From the NCBI GenBank assembly GCA_964016885.1, contig OZ024743.1, positions 97,030,001-97,094,000 on the forward strand: a stretch of 64,000 nt of DNA. The letters run 5' to 3'. This document shows positions 42,699 to 58,370 of this stretch, piece after piece. The stretch's first letter is position 1. Every line of letters begins with the position of its first letter. The notes under the pieces were generated by a model. That model ran no database searches. It was not told where the DNA came from and saw nothing but the letters and a program-made list of their open reading frames with translations. The stretch comes from Eledone cirrhosa. Taxonomy: Eukaryota. The position numbers were made by a program, and so were the translations under genes.

Positions 42699-43663
42699 CC
42701 TCACTCCAACTCTCACACCTACCCATCCTCGCCTCCCTACCATTCCGCCGACTGCTGCTATGCCCTTCCGACCACTGTCTCAGCACCAACTGACCACAGC
42801 ACTTCCACTGCTGACCACTTCCTGTTGCGCGCGCACCCCACATCTCTCCTCTTCCGACCACCGCTTCTTGGATTACCCACACGCGTTTTGACTTCCAACC
42901 AAAATCTCCATACATCCGTGTAACTTACCATTTTCAACCATCCTCTTACACCATCACCTATATAACTCACCCACACACACATCCCAAAACAATTTTTTTT
43001 ATCCACACGCCACCCACACCCACAACACGCTTAAACCACACACACGTGCTTCCCACCACATATTTACACCCTCAGCCCCCTGATTCCTCTCCCCCACCCT
43101 CCTATCCACACACGCACAGACCCTCCGACCCACAAAAACACCCCCCACACACACCTTCCTGAACATGCAACCCCGTTCTTCCCCCAACCCTCACTTTCAC
43201 ATACACACACACACACACACACGCACACCTAACCACACACACCACCTTCAGCCCTCCCCGCTCGGACACCCCGTCTCCCTCTCCCCACTCCACCCGCCAC
43301 CACCCCTACTCACCCCACACCCTTCCACCACCTGTTTACCCCCCTTTTAATTTCAGTTTATTTTGATCATGCCTTTATTTTTAAATTTTCTCATTCCTTG
43401 TATTTTGATCATGCTTTATTTTTATTTTTATTTTTATTTATTATTTATTATATTTTTGTCTTTATTTGTTAATTTTTCATTCGCACCGTTTCCTTTCGCT
43501 ATATGTCTCTCCACCACTCCCCTACTCACCTTTTGAACTCTCACCTGAAGAAGGGCTTATGCCCGAAACGTCGTCCTCCACCTACCCCCTACTCTCCTGA
43601 GCGTGAATTTAATAAACATTTATCGTACTGCCTCTCTGTTCTGTCCCTGTTCAATTTTTCATT
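42138..43663 (+). mobile_element. Penelope-like 3' end (family of 8721-9540) with expanded C-rich UTR and HHR core at 43545-43575
   Basis: Starts with [14 protein letters not shown]-like codons. CTGAAGA AGGGC-TTAT-GCCC GAAA CGTCGTC, then AATAAA and a TA tract. Confidence 0.8.
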
Positions 43664-43769
43664 ATATATATATATATATATATATTAAGATAAGCAGAAC
43701 AAGTAAAATTCAATCAATTTTTCAAAATACATTAAAAAATATAATATAAATATTTACCTCTCCTAGTGG

Positions 43770-43848
43770 CCCTTACTGATCAGTTTCGCTTTGTAAAACC
43801 TCATAAATCCGATGGATTTATGATGGAAAACCAAAGCTCATCAGAGAA
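43770..43848 (-). ncRNA. type I hammerhead ribozyme with extended stem II
   Basis: TTCT CTGATGA GCTTTG..(TCATAAATCC/GGATTTATGA hairpin)..CAAAGC GAAA CTGATCAG TA AGGG. Confidence 0.7.
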
Positions 43849-44462
43849 GCATTTTCCCTTCCTAGGGCTAAACGTCCCAGGAACGACAAAATATACAACC
43901 TCCTGCCAGCTAATAAAGGTCTGAAAGGTCGTAAAATTGACCCGTATGTAAACTGGACCGAAGTAAAAGCGGGAAAATCAAAGACTTGCTGTCTACAATT
44001 ACTACTAATATGTATGTATATATGTGTGTATATATGTATATGTGTGTGTATGTATTTGTGTATGCGTATGTATGTGTTTATGTATTTGTATATGTATATT
44101 TATGTGTGAGAGTGTGTGTATGTATTTATTTTTACGTATGTATGTGTACGTGCATTTGTGTGTATTGCTTACCACGTGTGTTTGTTCATTTATTTGTTTC
44201 CTGTATCGCTGTCAACTTTATAATAGTCTTTATTTTCTTTTATTATCTTTTATATATATCTTTTCTTATATTTATTTGCGTGTGTGAATATGTAGAGGTG
44301 TGTGTATATTTTTCTAATTTTGTGCATGCATATGTATGCATGTATGTATGTGTGTATGTATGTGTATGTATGTACGTGTGTATATACGTATGATTGTGTG
44401 TATGTATGTATGTATGTATGTATGTATATGTATGTGTGTATGGCTATGTATGTGTATGTGTA

Positions 44463-44507
<45 letters not shown>

Positions 44508-44640
44508 ATATATGTGTATATATGTGTGTGTGGTTGTATATATGTATGTATGGATATGTTGATATTTATGTGTGTATGTATGTATGTGTATAAGTACGTG
44601 TATGTATATATATACACATATATGTGTATATGTGTGTGTG

Positions 44641-44709
<69 letters not shown>

Positions 44710-44877
44710 GAAAGGTATAGAAAACACTGCAGCGAAAAGCGAACAGCATTCCATAGTATATAAGTGACTATAGCGTCAAAATGGGAAAAATAGTTAACGT
44801 AAGATGTGGGAAAAATAATTTAAACTCATCCTAAAGAGAATCAGGATATAAATTCATCATGTGTGTGTATGTATATA

Positions 44878-44944
<67 letters not shown>

Positions 44945-45060
44945 TTGCATGTGTGTTTTTATTTTATTTTTCCTTTCCTTCTTCCTTCTCCAGCCTCACT
45001 TTCATATAGATTGCATTTTTGTTTTTAGAATCCAATATCAATAAATACACCAGGATTTTT

Positions 45061-45116
45061 TTATTCTGATGATTGAAAGCAACATTTTTTGCTTTTAAGA
45101 AACCACTGGTAAATGG
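45061..45116 (+). ncRNA. type I hammerhead ribozyme (homologue of 27431-27488)
   Basis: TTATT CTGATGA TTGAAAGCAA-CATTTT-TTGCTTTTAA GAAA CCACTGG TA AATGG. Downstream 45126-45214 matches the reverse complement of 27332-27420. Confidence 0.75.
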
Positions 45117-45214
45117 AATAATTGCCTTATGTTGTTTATTACATAACTATTAAGCTCTGTTACCTACATAGAGCACTCTTTTTTCCTGGACTTTTCCGAC
45201 GGAATTACTTCATT

Positions 45215-45311
<97 letters not shown>

Positions 45312-45366
45312 TATATATATATTTATATAACCACAGCTAATGTATATATATATATATATACACATA

Positions 45367-45806
45367 TGGAAAGTTATATTTAAATTGTTGGGTTACAACT
45401 AGTAAATATTTATAACTGATATAAAAGCACTCAACAAGTATTTGGAGTATATTTGCGATGTTAAATAAATGGAAACTATATTTATAAAACCATATTTATT
45501 TCATTATATATATTTCAGGGATATCATATTAACAATATGTTATGCCTTCCTCAGACAAAATACAATATAGACAGTTTTATAGATAAATAGATTTGACATA
45601 CCGTTCAACATCGACTTGTATTTGAATCAACTTTTTCAAATACAAGTCGATGTTGAACGGTATGTCAAATCTATTTATCTATAAAACTGTCTATATTGTA
45701 TTTTGTCTGAGGAAGGCATAACGTATTGTTAATATGATATCCCTGAAATATATATAATGAAATAAATATGGTTTTATAAATATAGTTTCCATTTATTTAA
45801 TATCGT
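45367..45806. mobile_element. PLE-like fold-back with a 171-bp near-perfect palindrome and HHR in each arm
   Basis: Arms 45456-45626 and 45635-45805 with an 8-nt spacer. TTTTGT CTGAGGA AGGCATAACGTATT/AATATGATATCCCT GAAA TATATA TA ATGAAA at about 45701-45762. Confidence 0.75.
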
Positions 45807-45864
45807 ATATATACACATATATATATCCCCAGCTAATGTATATATATATATATAACCCCATCTA

Positions 45865-45955
<91 letters not shown>

Positions 45956-45989
45956 ACCCCAGCTAATGTATATATATATATAACCCCAG

Positions 45990-46025
<36 letters not shown>

Positions 46026-46130
46026 AACAAAAGATGGTTAAAAGAGTTCCATGTATTTTATTATGCGCATTTCAAAAACAAATATATATATATGTATATA
46101 TATATATATGTATATATATATATGTATATG

Positions 46131-46400
46131 TCAGGTCACCAGTTGGTGCTACTGGTAACATGTATCCCAGTACAACCTGTCTTATGGTCGGGTCGTTGGC
46201 GACTAAACTGGCAACCGCACCAAGGTTTCTTGGTGAGGAGGGTGACTTTGGACATCCTGCAGGACTAAAAACAAAACCTGTCAAAGAGCAAAGGAGCTCT
46301 TAAGAGTCAATGGCCATCCAAAATCACCGGGAGAGATGACCCCTTAGCCTTTGTCAAGGCAGAATTCTAGGAGAAGGAAAACTCTGATATAACACCTGCA
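46131..46400 (+). repeat. interspersed repeat (RTE-like 5' region); second copy at 52690-52980
   Basis: Shared gtgctactggtaacatgta.cccagtacaacctgtc...ggtgaggagggtga.tttggacatcctgcaggac. Confidence 0.55.
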
Positions 46401-46821
46401 ACTCTGATGGTATCCAATAATGTTGACTTGTTCTTCTTTTTGGTAAATATCATCTTGGTTAAGAGAGTGGGACTGGCTATGTGCAGTGCCTTTGCTCACT
46501 ATAAAAGCTTCATGGCACAGGCATTGCTTTATATCTGGAGATCTCTCTGCACTTGTCGTTACATGGTACCATGGGCCCAGCACTATGTGTCAATAATTGT
46601 CACAAGTGTAGTGTTTGTACCAGAGTTTTTAAGTCACTGGCTGGACTAAAAAGTCACACTCGTTCAGCGTATCGGTAGGGTTTCTCCTACATGGATATAA
46701 AGTAGTGGCCGTACTCGAAAACGAGTTGGCAGCCACCATATATGTATATATATATATGTATATATATATATATGTATATATATATGTAATTTAATGTACA
46801 ATAGACAATACAATATAATTA

Positions 46822-46889
46822 CCTCATTACCAGAGGTTTCCCGAATAAGACGAATACAAGAAACGTCCTCATTCGTTCGTCAGACAAGG
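46822..46889 (-). ncRNA. type I hammerhead ribozyme
   Basis: CCTTGT CTGACGA ACGAATGAGGACG...CGTCTTATTCGG GAAA CCTCTGG TA ATGAGG. Stem I is 6 bp including G-U pairs. Confidence 0.7.
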
Positions 46890-46931
46890 AAATTTAAAAG
46901 TGAAATATTTGAAAAATCTCATCAAGAAAGG

Positions 46932-47000
<69 letters not shown>

Positions 47001-47509
47001 TGTATATGTATATATGTATAAACTTTGTAAAATATCTATTAGATTTAAGAAAGCATGTCTGTTGCATATGTAAATGCATGTGTATAAATACTATAGCTTT
47101 AAAATGTTCATATCTGATTTCCACAGACAGGCAAAACTAAGATAGATAGTGAAAGAAATATAGAATATCAGCATAAAGATTGAATGATAAAACAAAATAT
47201 GTTTGACACATCCATACTCGATGGTGGAACATTGTACACTGGTGGGTTTATTTGTTGACATCTTAAAATGAGTGTATTTATAAAAGATTAAATATATATT
47301 GTATTTCTTGATGAATGTTTGGAATCAATATTTTATTTCTGTTGATTATTAGACTAAAAATTAAGTTTGGAAACGTTGTTGTGTCTTTCTCTGAGATCAG
47401 AGAAATTTCAACTACTCATGAATCCTTTCCATACTCCTACACCATTTTATAGCATTAGATACATCAGTGAGAGTGCTTATGTATGTATGTGTATATATAT
47501 ATATATATA

Positions 47510-47850
47510 TCATAATCATCATCATCATTTTACGTCCGCTTTTCCCTGCTTGCAAGGGTGGGACGGGAACTGATTCTCGCTTGATTTCTACAGCTGGATC
47601 CCCTTCCTAACACCAACCCCATTTACAGTGAGTGCTGGGTGCTTTTTTTCCGTGGCACCTACACGATCACTTTACAGTGGAATGATATGGACCCCAGTCT
47701 CTATCATCTCATTTCTACAGCTGAGTAAACTGGAGCAATGTGAAATAAAGTGTCTTGCTCAAGGAAACAACACATCACCCGGTCTGAGAATTGAACTCAC
47801 AACCTTTCGATTGCAAGGCCAATGCTCTAACCACTAAGCCATGTGCCTCC
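47510..47850 (-). mobile_element. SINE family A, body type a ((GAT)n tail)
   Basis: Reverse complement of the 53470-53810 copy. Confidence 0.8.
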
Positions 47851-48450
47851 ATATATATATATACACACATGTGTGTCATCATTCTTCCATGCTAGCATGG
47901 GTTAGACGAGTTGTCCTGTTGTTGGCAATGCCAAGTCAGGTGACCATGTTTTGCTCATACAGAAGTGATTTTGGCTTAATTTCAACAGCTGGATGCCCTT
48001 CCTAACACCAACCTCATTTACAGTGTGTACTGGGTGCTTTTTCCCATGGCGTCTACACGACCACTTTACAGTGTGGTCTGGGTGTTTTTTGTTGTGGCAC
48101 CTACATGACCACTTTACTTTCTCTCCGGCCCGGGTGAAACATTATGTCCTTGAGCAAGACACTTTATTTCACATTGCTCCTTCTGCCTGGAGTTGTGACC
48201 GACACATAGTATTAGCAATTGGAAAGACTAATGGAAACATTGTTTCCTTGGTTCAATATGATGAGCTCCACCTCACTTGTTAAGCAAATGAGGTTTGGGA
48301 TCTGGTCGATCGACTGTCGATATATATATATATGTATATGTGTGTGTGTGTGTAAAACAAGTAATAAAAAATGGTGCTATACCCAGTGACTGGCAGAGCA
48401 GCATTATCAGCAACTGCGTTACAATAGCAAAGGTGATGCTCTAGACATAG

Positions 48451-48740
48451 GAAATTACTGAGGTATCAAATTGATGGACCAGTTCATGAAAGTTACAGAG
48501 TCATTGTACAATTGGTTAGAGATTGAATGTACCTAGACGATATGCAGTTCAGATGTGCCAGGTATAAGTACCATGGATGCCCTCTTCCTTGTGAGGCAAC
48601 TGTAGAAATATCTAACTAAAATAAAAGTAACTCCTCTACTTGGCATTTGTTGACCTGGAGAAAGCTCGAGATATCTGGCATTATGCTGTACATTTGATTC
48701 ACCTCTCTTGATCAACACATGCATACAACCATGGAAAGCT
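48451..48740 (+). mobile_element. RTE-clade RT fragment
   Basis: Degenerate peptides GIKLMDQFMKV...DDMQF...TMDALFLVRQL...LAFVDLEKA. Confidence 0.6.
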
Positions 48741-51149
48741 GAACACAATGCTACTAAACTGGCTAAAATTTCTCAGTTCAACCTGTAAGGTGGTCTTGCT
48801 GATGACAACAAAATCCTCTTGCCCAACATGTAAGGTGCTTATGCTGATGTCATGATAAAAGAGCACCTAGTTCTCCATGTAAGGTGACAATGATAATAGG
48901 GCACCAATATCTCCATGCACTGTAAACTGGTTGTGTTGGTGACATGACAAAAAACATCCAGTCCACACTGTAAAGTTGTGTTGGTGACAAGACAAAGTGT
49001 CCAGTCCACAGAGTAAAGTGGTCATATGGTGCCATGTCAAAAACGCCAAGTCCACACTCTAAATTGGATTGTCATTAGGAAGGGCATCCAGCCATAGGAA
49101 CCAAGCCAGAAACAGTTCTGTAGGAGCAAGACATGTCATCTGATCTGACTTATCTCACAAGATAAATGGACGTTAAATGGTGATGGTGATGATATGTATA
49201 TGTGTGTGAGTGAGGTGGAGGATTGCAAAAAGTGGTAAGAACTCAGATCCAGCTAATCTATGCCAGTATGAAGTAACAAATACATATATGCATGCGTGTA
49301 TATATACTATCATCATCATTATTTAACATTTAACAGTGTGTACTGATGTGGTCTGTCAAGATCATCCAACCCTTGCTAGCAGAGAAAGTAAAATGATGGT
49401 GACACACACTCCCACACATATGCGTCTTCATACAGGCATTGACTAGCTGGGTCTCAATGTTTTTGCCACGTCTTGCAATCCTTTATAATTTGGCACACAT
49501 TGTTTGTTTTTTATCTTTTCTGCAGTCTCAGTATTATGATGATGACATTTGATAAAAATATCTTGATGTCATCTCCCTTCACATGATTTGGATAACTGCT
49601 GCTCATTTGACAAATGGGATACAGACCAAAACCAATGTAAGCTTTGTTTCTGCTTTTTGATCTTAATGTGTAATAATTTAGCAGAAAATGCCTAAAATTC
49701 GTTTGTTAATTCAAATGTATATAGTATCTTTACTAGTGGACACATTTCTCACAGTTGTGGCTAATTTTGTATTAGGTATGTAGAAACCTTCATTACATGA
49801 AAAACAAGCTTGCAATGACTTACAGAGTTTGGTTAAACCATTGGAAACATTGTACATCATCATTTGGTGGTCAAGCTATTTTATTCAGTCTCATGTGATT
49901 TCAAAACATTTTTCATTGAAGAGTTAAAATTTATTTTTATCGCCATATAACAAAACTGAACATAATTTTTTTTTCTGTTTGTTTACTTGAATAAGCTCAG
50001 GTGTAATGCAATTATTCTTACTGCCCAACTAAATAGAGTACCTGTAATTGGTTTGTAAACTAGCTAATTAATATTCTAAATGGATAAATTTCTGATTACA
50101 CATATCGATATGATATATGTACTCACAAACACACTCACTCTCTCTCATCCCTGTCTTCTCCTTCCCGTCATTATTTCCTCCTATCTCTCTCTTTTACCTC
50201 CTATCTCCCTCTCCTCTCTTCCTTTCTCACTCCCATCTTTTTTGTTTCCTCATAGCTCTGTCATGAGTTTATTTTGCTACTCTGTTACTTTGGCAAAAAA
50301 ATATTTCTTCCATCTCTGAAAATATAATTACCTGTCTTCCAGAAAAACACCTGGTCTAGAACTACCTCAAAGCCAGTAATATTACAAATTTAGATGAAAA
50401 GAATTAACAGAAAACTTGTCACCACACAGTAGTACTAACTTGAAAGATATCCCAATGGAAGTGTTACCTTGCTGCAGGGGCAGAGGAAGCATTTCAGAAT
50501 TGTGAAGGGGATGGGGAGCAAATTTGGTTAGTTCAGTTGTAGTGATTAGTTTAGCTGTTATTATCAAATATCAACCAAGATATAAAAAACTTCGATATGT
50601 GATAAACATAACATGTACATAAATTGTAGTGCATATAAAAATAGATATGTGTTTTGATAGTTAGGGGAGGAAAATATAATTATTGGGGTCCATGACACCC
50701 ATGGTCCTCCGCAATTCCCCTGCCCCTGTGATAGTTCTCGCAGTTCCCCAGTAACACTCAACAAACTGACTGGAGTACCACTTCTTGGAATTCTTTGTCA
50801 TCTGGCACACATTGCTTGTTTTAAAACTATAAAGTTTACAAGTTTACAGTCTTTAGTATGAGATGTTTTGGAGTAAAACCTCTGTCATCCGTTGTGCTAC
50901 CTTGAATAAATATTATTTAGTTCAATTTAGCTCTGATTAAGTAAAATTGCGATCAAATTTATTCCATCCATGACCATCCTATTTTTTGTATATCAAGGAG
51001 TACATTGTCCAATATGGCTTTCTTTATTTAAAAGTATAAGGTGTGAGTGAAGACAGAAGCCTGTTTATGATGTTACTGGCTCTAGTTCTTTTGATCAATA
51101 TCTAACATTACTTGACAGCCATTACCTGCTGGTTGACAAGAAGTTATGG

Positions 51150-51790
51150 AGACGTTGAGGACAGGAATTGTCCATCGAATTGAACCACACAAGATGTCTA
51201 TCCTTATGTTATTCTAGGTACTAGTTGCTACTCAGGATAGACAAATGTCACTGCAGATCCACCGTAGACTCTTTCGGCCTCCACCTGCTGTTCTGTCACT
51301 ACAGTACCAGTCGCCTATCATGCTATGCTACTCTCAATGAGGTCACAAAAATTGCTTGGATGCTGCAGGCTTACTCTGCCAGCTCAAGCCGGCAGGGCTG
51401 GACCGAGGGGACGGCAAAAGACCAGCTGGTATGAACATCTTCCCATTCTTCAGTGGTAAACCGTTCATCTTGGATGCCACATACAGAGACACTTTATCCA
51501 GCGGCATCCTGGTGCAGTTTGCGACTAACCCAAGCTGAGGAGGGCAATCTCTCTAAATATTAACCGCTCTCCAACAGATTTGCGGTCGAGCCCGTAGCAG
51601 TGGATACCTCTGGTGTCCTTTGTCCTAGTACCATCTTACTACCATTGGCATGGAGTTGGCTACCCGCAAGTGTGAGCCACGTGAGCTGGAATGGCTCTTC
51701 CTGTGCGTCTGCCTCACCATCTTCCAGAGAAATGGCTTCTCTATTCTGTCTGCCAGGGCCAGGGGATGGCTAGCACGGGGCCCACATTTT
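51150..51790 (+). mobile_element. CRE-like non-LTR retrotransposon 3' fragment (RLE domain)
   Basis: KCHCRSTVDSFGLHLLFC...ATLNEV...PAGLDRGDGKRPAG...ILDAT; EPRELEWLF...IFQRNGFSIL. Confidence 0.75.
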
Positions 51791-52079
51791 ATTATAATAG
51801 TGAGAGATGGGGAGAGCGGGAGAGATAGTGGCAGTGACAGTTTGAGTTTGGTCCCATTGTATTCGGATCTGGTGTACATACATATATACACATGTACATA
51901 CATATATACACATACATACACATACATACATACACATACATACATACACATACATACATACACATACATACATACATACACATACAAACAAACTAACACA
52001 CAATAACTGAAGAAGAATAAATATTAGGCCTCAAAATGATCATTTTTGATCTCCAAGATTTGAAGTCTGAAGCAGTCAC

Positions 52080-52250
52080 CAGTAGAGGGTTGGACATGCT
52101 TTGCAGCGTAGTTATGTCCCTTTACGGTCTGAGTTCAAATCCCCCCGAGGTTAACTTTGCCTTTCATTCTTACGGGGTCGATAAAATAAAGTACCAGTAA
52201 CGCACTGGGTAATTGCTAGCCTTGTGCCAAAAGTAGAAACAATTATTAAT
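52080..52250 (+). mobile_element. SINE family B
   Basis: ctgagttcaaatcccc...ttgcctttcattcttacggggtcgataaaataaagtaccag...ccttgtgccaaaagtagaaacaattatt. Confidence 0.78.
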
Positions 52251-53202
52251 AGTGACTTCTATTTAAGTAACTTAACCTGTGACTGCTGATGTACAGTCAT
52301 TAGCTAGAGAGGACTAACATAGTAATCAGAAATTATCTAAAGAACTGGATGCTCATTCATAGATGATCAACATCATCGGGTCGAGTTTGCTCGGCCTTTT
52401 TTAGCTTTCAATAGCTGGATATACACTTGCGGTCGCTACTCCATACAAGTGAAAGCAGTACTCTGTATCAGAGCGGTTGTGCCTCACCGAAACATCCAAC
52501 AATAGTTGATATGATCGCCTTGCCACTAGTAGTATGAACCAAATTCACAGTTACTTGATCATTGCCTTATCTACTGAGCTGACATCCTGCTTACCAATGT
52601 TGTCGTTTAACACAGTCAGGATTGGTTTGACAGATTGCCTATCAAGGCCAAAGAGCTCTGTTCGCCCTGGCTTTGCAATCAGTGTGTCAGGCTACTCTCG
52701 AGTGCTACTGGTAACATGTAACCCAGTACAACCTGTCGCATGGTCGGGTCATGGTGACTAAACCGGCAACCCTATCAAGTTTACTTGGTGAGGAGGGTGA
52801 TTTTGGACATCCTGCAGGACAAAAACAAAACCTGACAAAGGGTGGAAGAACTCATATGGCCATCCAAAAATTGTGTAAATATGTATATAGTGTATATAGT
52901 GTATATTTGGTAGCCTTGGTTGGCAATCTGCCTAGGAGAGGGACCACTCATAGATGAGCCTTTGTCACACTTGACCAGATTTTGCTTATAGGATTGCATT
53001 GTATTGAAAACATAAAACTAATGCACGCTGCAATATGATTTGTCTTTGGTGAAACAAAATGTTGGCTTAAGTTTTAATTATTTTATTATTTCTTTGAGTA
53101 GATAATTTATTAAAATATCTCATCCTTTCATTGAGATGTCTAAGTGTTAGAGACAATTAACTTATATAATTATATAACTTATATATAAACTGATATATAT
53201 AT

Positions 53203-53810
53203 CACCTTGACAGACCAGTCTGTCGGACGCCAATAGGCGCCGCTGGTCACAGCACGTCGTGCTGTTTTAGCCATAAGATAACGCCATCCCACTGGCTGGA
53301 CGGGTAGGCCGGTACTCATTTCTACAGCTGAGTAAACTGGAGCAACGTGAAATAAAGTGTCTTGCTCAAGGAAACAACACATCACTCTGTCCGAGAATTG
53401 AACTCACAACCTTTCGATTGCAAGCCCAATGCTCTAACCACTAAGCCATGCATGTATGTATATATATAGAGGCACATGGCTTAGTGGTTAGAACATTGGC
53501 CTTGCAATCGAAAGGTTGTGAATTCAATTCTCAGACCGGGTGATGTGTTGTTTCCTTGAGCAAGACACTTTATTTCACATTGCTCCAGTTTACTCAGCTG
53601 TAGAAATGAGATGATAGGGACTGGGGTCCCTATCATTCCACTGCAAACTGGTCATGGAGGTGCCACGGCAAAAAAGCACCCAGCACTCACTGTAAATGAG
53701 GTTGGTGTTAGGAAGGGCATCCAGCTGTAGAAATCAAGCCAGAATCAGTTCCCGTCCCACCCTTGCAAGCAGGGAAAAGCGGACGTAAAAATGAAATGAT
53801 GATGAAATGA
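53203..53810. mobile_element. head-to-head pair of family A SINEs (53203-53450 -, 53470-53810 +)
   Basis: Two tRNA-like heads in inverted orientation, about 20 bp apart, with different 3' bodies. Confidence 0.8.
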
Positions 53811-53841
53811 TATATATATATATATATACATACATACATAC

Positions 53842-54826
<985 letters not shown>

Positions 54827-54922
54827 CTACAAATTCGGAGAATATTTCCAGTTTATGTAGAAGCCTAATATACATTCATGTAAGAATATATTTAGGTGGG
54901 CGATTATATATATATATATATA

Positions 54923-55118
54923 TAACAACAGAGGAATTGTGTTACGGAACCAGATGGACCATAACACACCAGAGTACTCAATACTTAGGGTAGTAGAGTG
55001 GGAAATAGGAAAAAGTATGACCCCGACGGCAGAGCTCAAGCCGTCGAAACGGCTATTTCTGGACAGAAATAGCCGTCGAAACGGCTTGAGCTCTGCCGTC
55101 GGGGTCATACTTTTTCCT
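54923..55118 (-). mobile_element. fold-back element, second copy of the 16272-16438 family
   Basis: Colinear with 16272-16438, with a longer nested hairpin at 55006-55118. Confidence 0.65.
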
Positions 55119-55680
55119 ATATATATGTATATATATATATATATATATATTAAAATAACAGGTTTAAGCAAAGAATCGGTGCTTTCACCCTTAACTTTAA
55201 TCTGTTATTTTAATAAATATTTGCTCTAAGGTTCTTATATATTTGATATATATTTATCCTTATCGAGCCTTCTTTGGATGTTAGTCTTCACATTTATTAT
55301 TATTACTATATATATATATACATATATGCATGCACATGCACACCAACTATGCATTTTCATATAAAGAATTATCTATCAAATTAAATTGTCGAGTTAAAAA
55401 CTAGCAATATTCCGCTTCAATTAAATATCCAAGCTCTTTATAACACAGTAAACAGAGAAATACAGATATATGTTCAAATTATAAGGGATTTAAAGCCACC
55501 AGGGTGACGAAGATATTAACTACAAATAGAATGGTTTATACAAATTAATTAAAAGAATAAATCAAAGTATACAAACCAACCATATTTATGTGTATTTCTC
55601 TCTTTACTGTGTTATAAAGAATTAAATATTCACAAATACATAACCTCACTCTTATGGTCGACATTTCTCTTAAATACCAC

Positions 55681-55802
55681 CTGAAGCATACAAGATACAT
55701 GGTCGAACGTATACAGAGATATACAATAGCCAAAGACATATCTGAAGCATACAAGATACATGGTCGAACGTATACAGAGATATACAATAGCCAAAGACAT
55801 CT
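55681..55802. repeat. 61-bp tandem duplication
   Basis: ctgaagcatacaagatacatggtcgaacgtatacagagatatacaatagccaaagacat occurs twice. Confidence 0.85.
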
Positions 55803-56030
55803 GCCAATGCAGATACAAACACACATCCCAGCATATTCCTTTATCCAACCTGCAGTTAAGTTGGCAGTAGTAGCTGTTGGCAACATCAGCTTAACAACAT
55901 ATTGTTGAAACATTATACCCTCCCCCCTCCTCTACTTTCAAACTGGAATTCTCCTCCACACTCTCTTGACATTTCTCACATTCACCAAATCTATTAAACA
56001 TCCTTCTATAAGTACTGACCACGTAGAAGA

Positions 56031-56885
56031 TACCACCACCACTACCACCACCACCACCACTACCACTACCACCGATACCACCACCACCACCACCACCACT
56101 ACCTCTACCACTACCACCAATACCACCACCACCACCACTACCACCACCACCACCACCACCACTACCACAACCACCACTACCTCCACTACCACCAACACCA
56201 CTACTGCCACCACTACCACCACAACCACCACTACCACTACCACCACCATCACCACCACCACCACCACTACCACCACCACCACCATCACTACTGCCACCAC
56301 TACCACTACCACCACCACTACCACCACCACTACCACCACTACCACCACCACCACTACCACAACCACCACTACCACCATCACCACTACCAGCACCACCACT
56401 ACCACCACTACCACTACCACCACCACTACCACCATTACCACCACCACCACTACCACAGCCACCACTACCATCACCACCACTACCACCACCACCACTACTG
56501 CCACTACTACCACCACAACTACCACCACCACCACCACCAAAACCAACACCACCACCAACGCCACCACCATCACTACCACTACCACCACAACCACTACCAC
56601 CACCAAAACCAACACCAACGCCACTACCACCACTACCACCACCACCACCACCACCACCACCATCACTGCCACCACCACTACCACAACCACTACCACCATC
56701 ACCACCAAAACCAACACCACCACCAACGCCACCACCACCACTACCACTACCACCACCACCACCAAAACCAACACCACCACCACCACCAACGCCACCACCA
56801 CCACTACCATTACCACCACCACCACCAAAACCAACACCAACGCCACCACCACCACCACTACCACCACCACCACCACCACCACCAT
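56031..56885. repeat. (ACC/ACT)n trinucleotide tract
   Basis: Read directly. It produces spurious poly-Thr and poly-Val ORFs. Confidence 0.9.
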
Positions 56886-57417
56886 AATATATATATATAT
56901 ATATATATTAGAAATATAAGCTTTCACCGTATTTTTGACTAAAGAAATTTTTAGCCTGATAGTGGGGTTTAGAACCCTCAGAGAAATGGAAAAAAATTAA
57001 GTATTGACGTACATCTATTGAAAAGATAACAAGGACGAATGGTTACTCCTTCATTACATTTATTGTTAGGTGACGCGCGTTTCGCCACTGATCAGCTCAA
57101 TGTTCGATCTGTATCGATCTTACCCGACTCTATAATCCGCAGCTCGACGGACCCCTTAAAATGTTAGTAGAAAAACATCGAGTGCTCACCCGGGTGAACC
57201 TACAGTAACTCCAAGTTACACTCCCTATATATAATTCAAAATAGCACAAGGATGGACAACAGAAAAAAACATGGACCTTTTCCCCAATAAGAAAGGAGGA
57301 GAGAATGTGGTAGAGAAAAAAGGGCCTCAATATGTAAACTAAACCACTCATTCTGATTTTTTAGAAAATCAACGGACTCGGTTTATCCTGCACATTCACA
57401 TTGCATACATACATGCA

Positions 57418-57481
<64 letters not shown>

Positions 57482-58175
57482 GTACCCAATGGTAAAATAT
57501 GACTACATATGCAATGTCCTTATTTTGGGAAATTTTGAAATGGTGACTATAACTGGGACGTGTATGATGAAAGATTTGTTTAATCAAGACTGATCTTGAC
57601 AACAACCACAACATATGATTGACCCATTAACTTCTCGGTGTATAGAAATGAGTGAACAAAGAAATAAGGGTTGTGATTTATCCAAGGCAACGGAAATGAA
57701 TTATAGTAATTCCAGTTGGGAATTGAAATTGAATTGAGTAATGAGGTCACTGGGAGATTATATACTTCCAAGCTCATTTCATTGTCACGAAACGCAAATC
57801 ACCCTCAAATCACAACCCACTTTCTTAAAAAGGTATTGGACACATGGGGCAATTAAATTCCAGATATAGAAAAAAGACAGGATGGTCATACATAGAACCT
57901 CTTTGTTGATGTGTCTGCTGAACTTAGTCTGACCTGGAGCTGAACAATAATTATAACAATCGCAGTCATTGTAGCCCTATGAAATAAATGGAAAACAACC
58001 AAGTCAATTTAGCGACGTGCTTTCTAGTAGGAAATATTTTTCCTCCAACAATATTAAGATCCTTGTTCCAATCCAGTTTTTCTCTGGTATGTAAATCAGT
58101 TGTGCTTACTCAGAAGAAATCAATATATTTTAATATAAGACTTTAGTAGAAAATAATATTTATAGCTATAATAAT

Positions 58176-58370
58176 AATAATAATTGTTTCTACTTTAGGC
58201 ACAAGGCTAGCAAATACCCAGTGCATTACTGGTACTTTATTTTATCGACCCCGTAAGGATGAAAGGCAAAGTCAACCTCGGCGGGATTTGAACTCAGATC
58301 GTAAAGGGACGTAACTATGCTGGAAAGCATGGCGTCCGACCCTCTACCGATACTGCCAATTCACCGCCAT
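58176..58370 (-). mobile_element. SINE family B, apparently full length
   Basis: tRNA-like head (ggtgaattggcagtatcggtagag...gagttcaaatccc), family core and (ATT)n tail. Confidence 0.82.

Noticed and set aside
55938-56927. Mucin-like poly-Thr ORF and poly-Val ORF
   Set aside because: A pure (ACC/ACT)n tract ending in (TA)n, with no signal peptide, splice signals or other domains.
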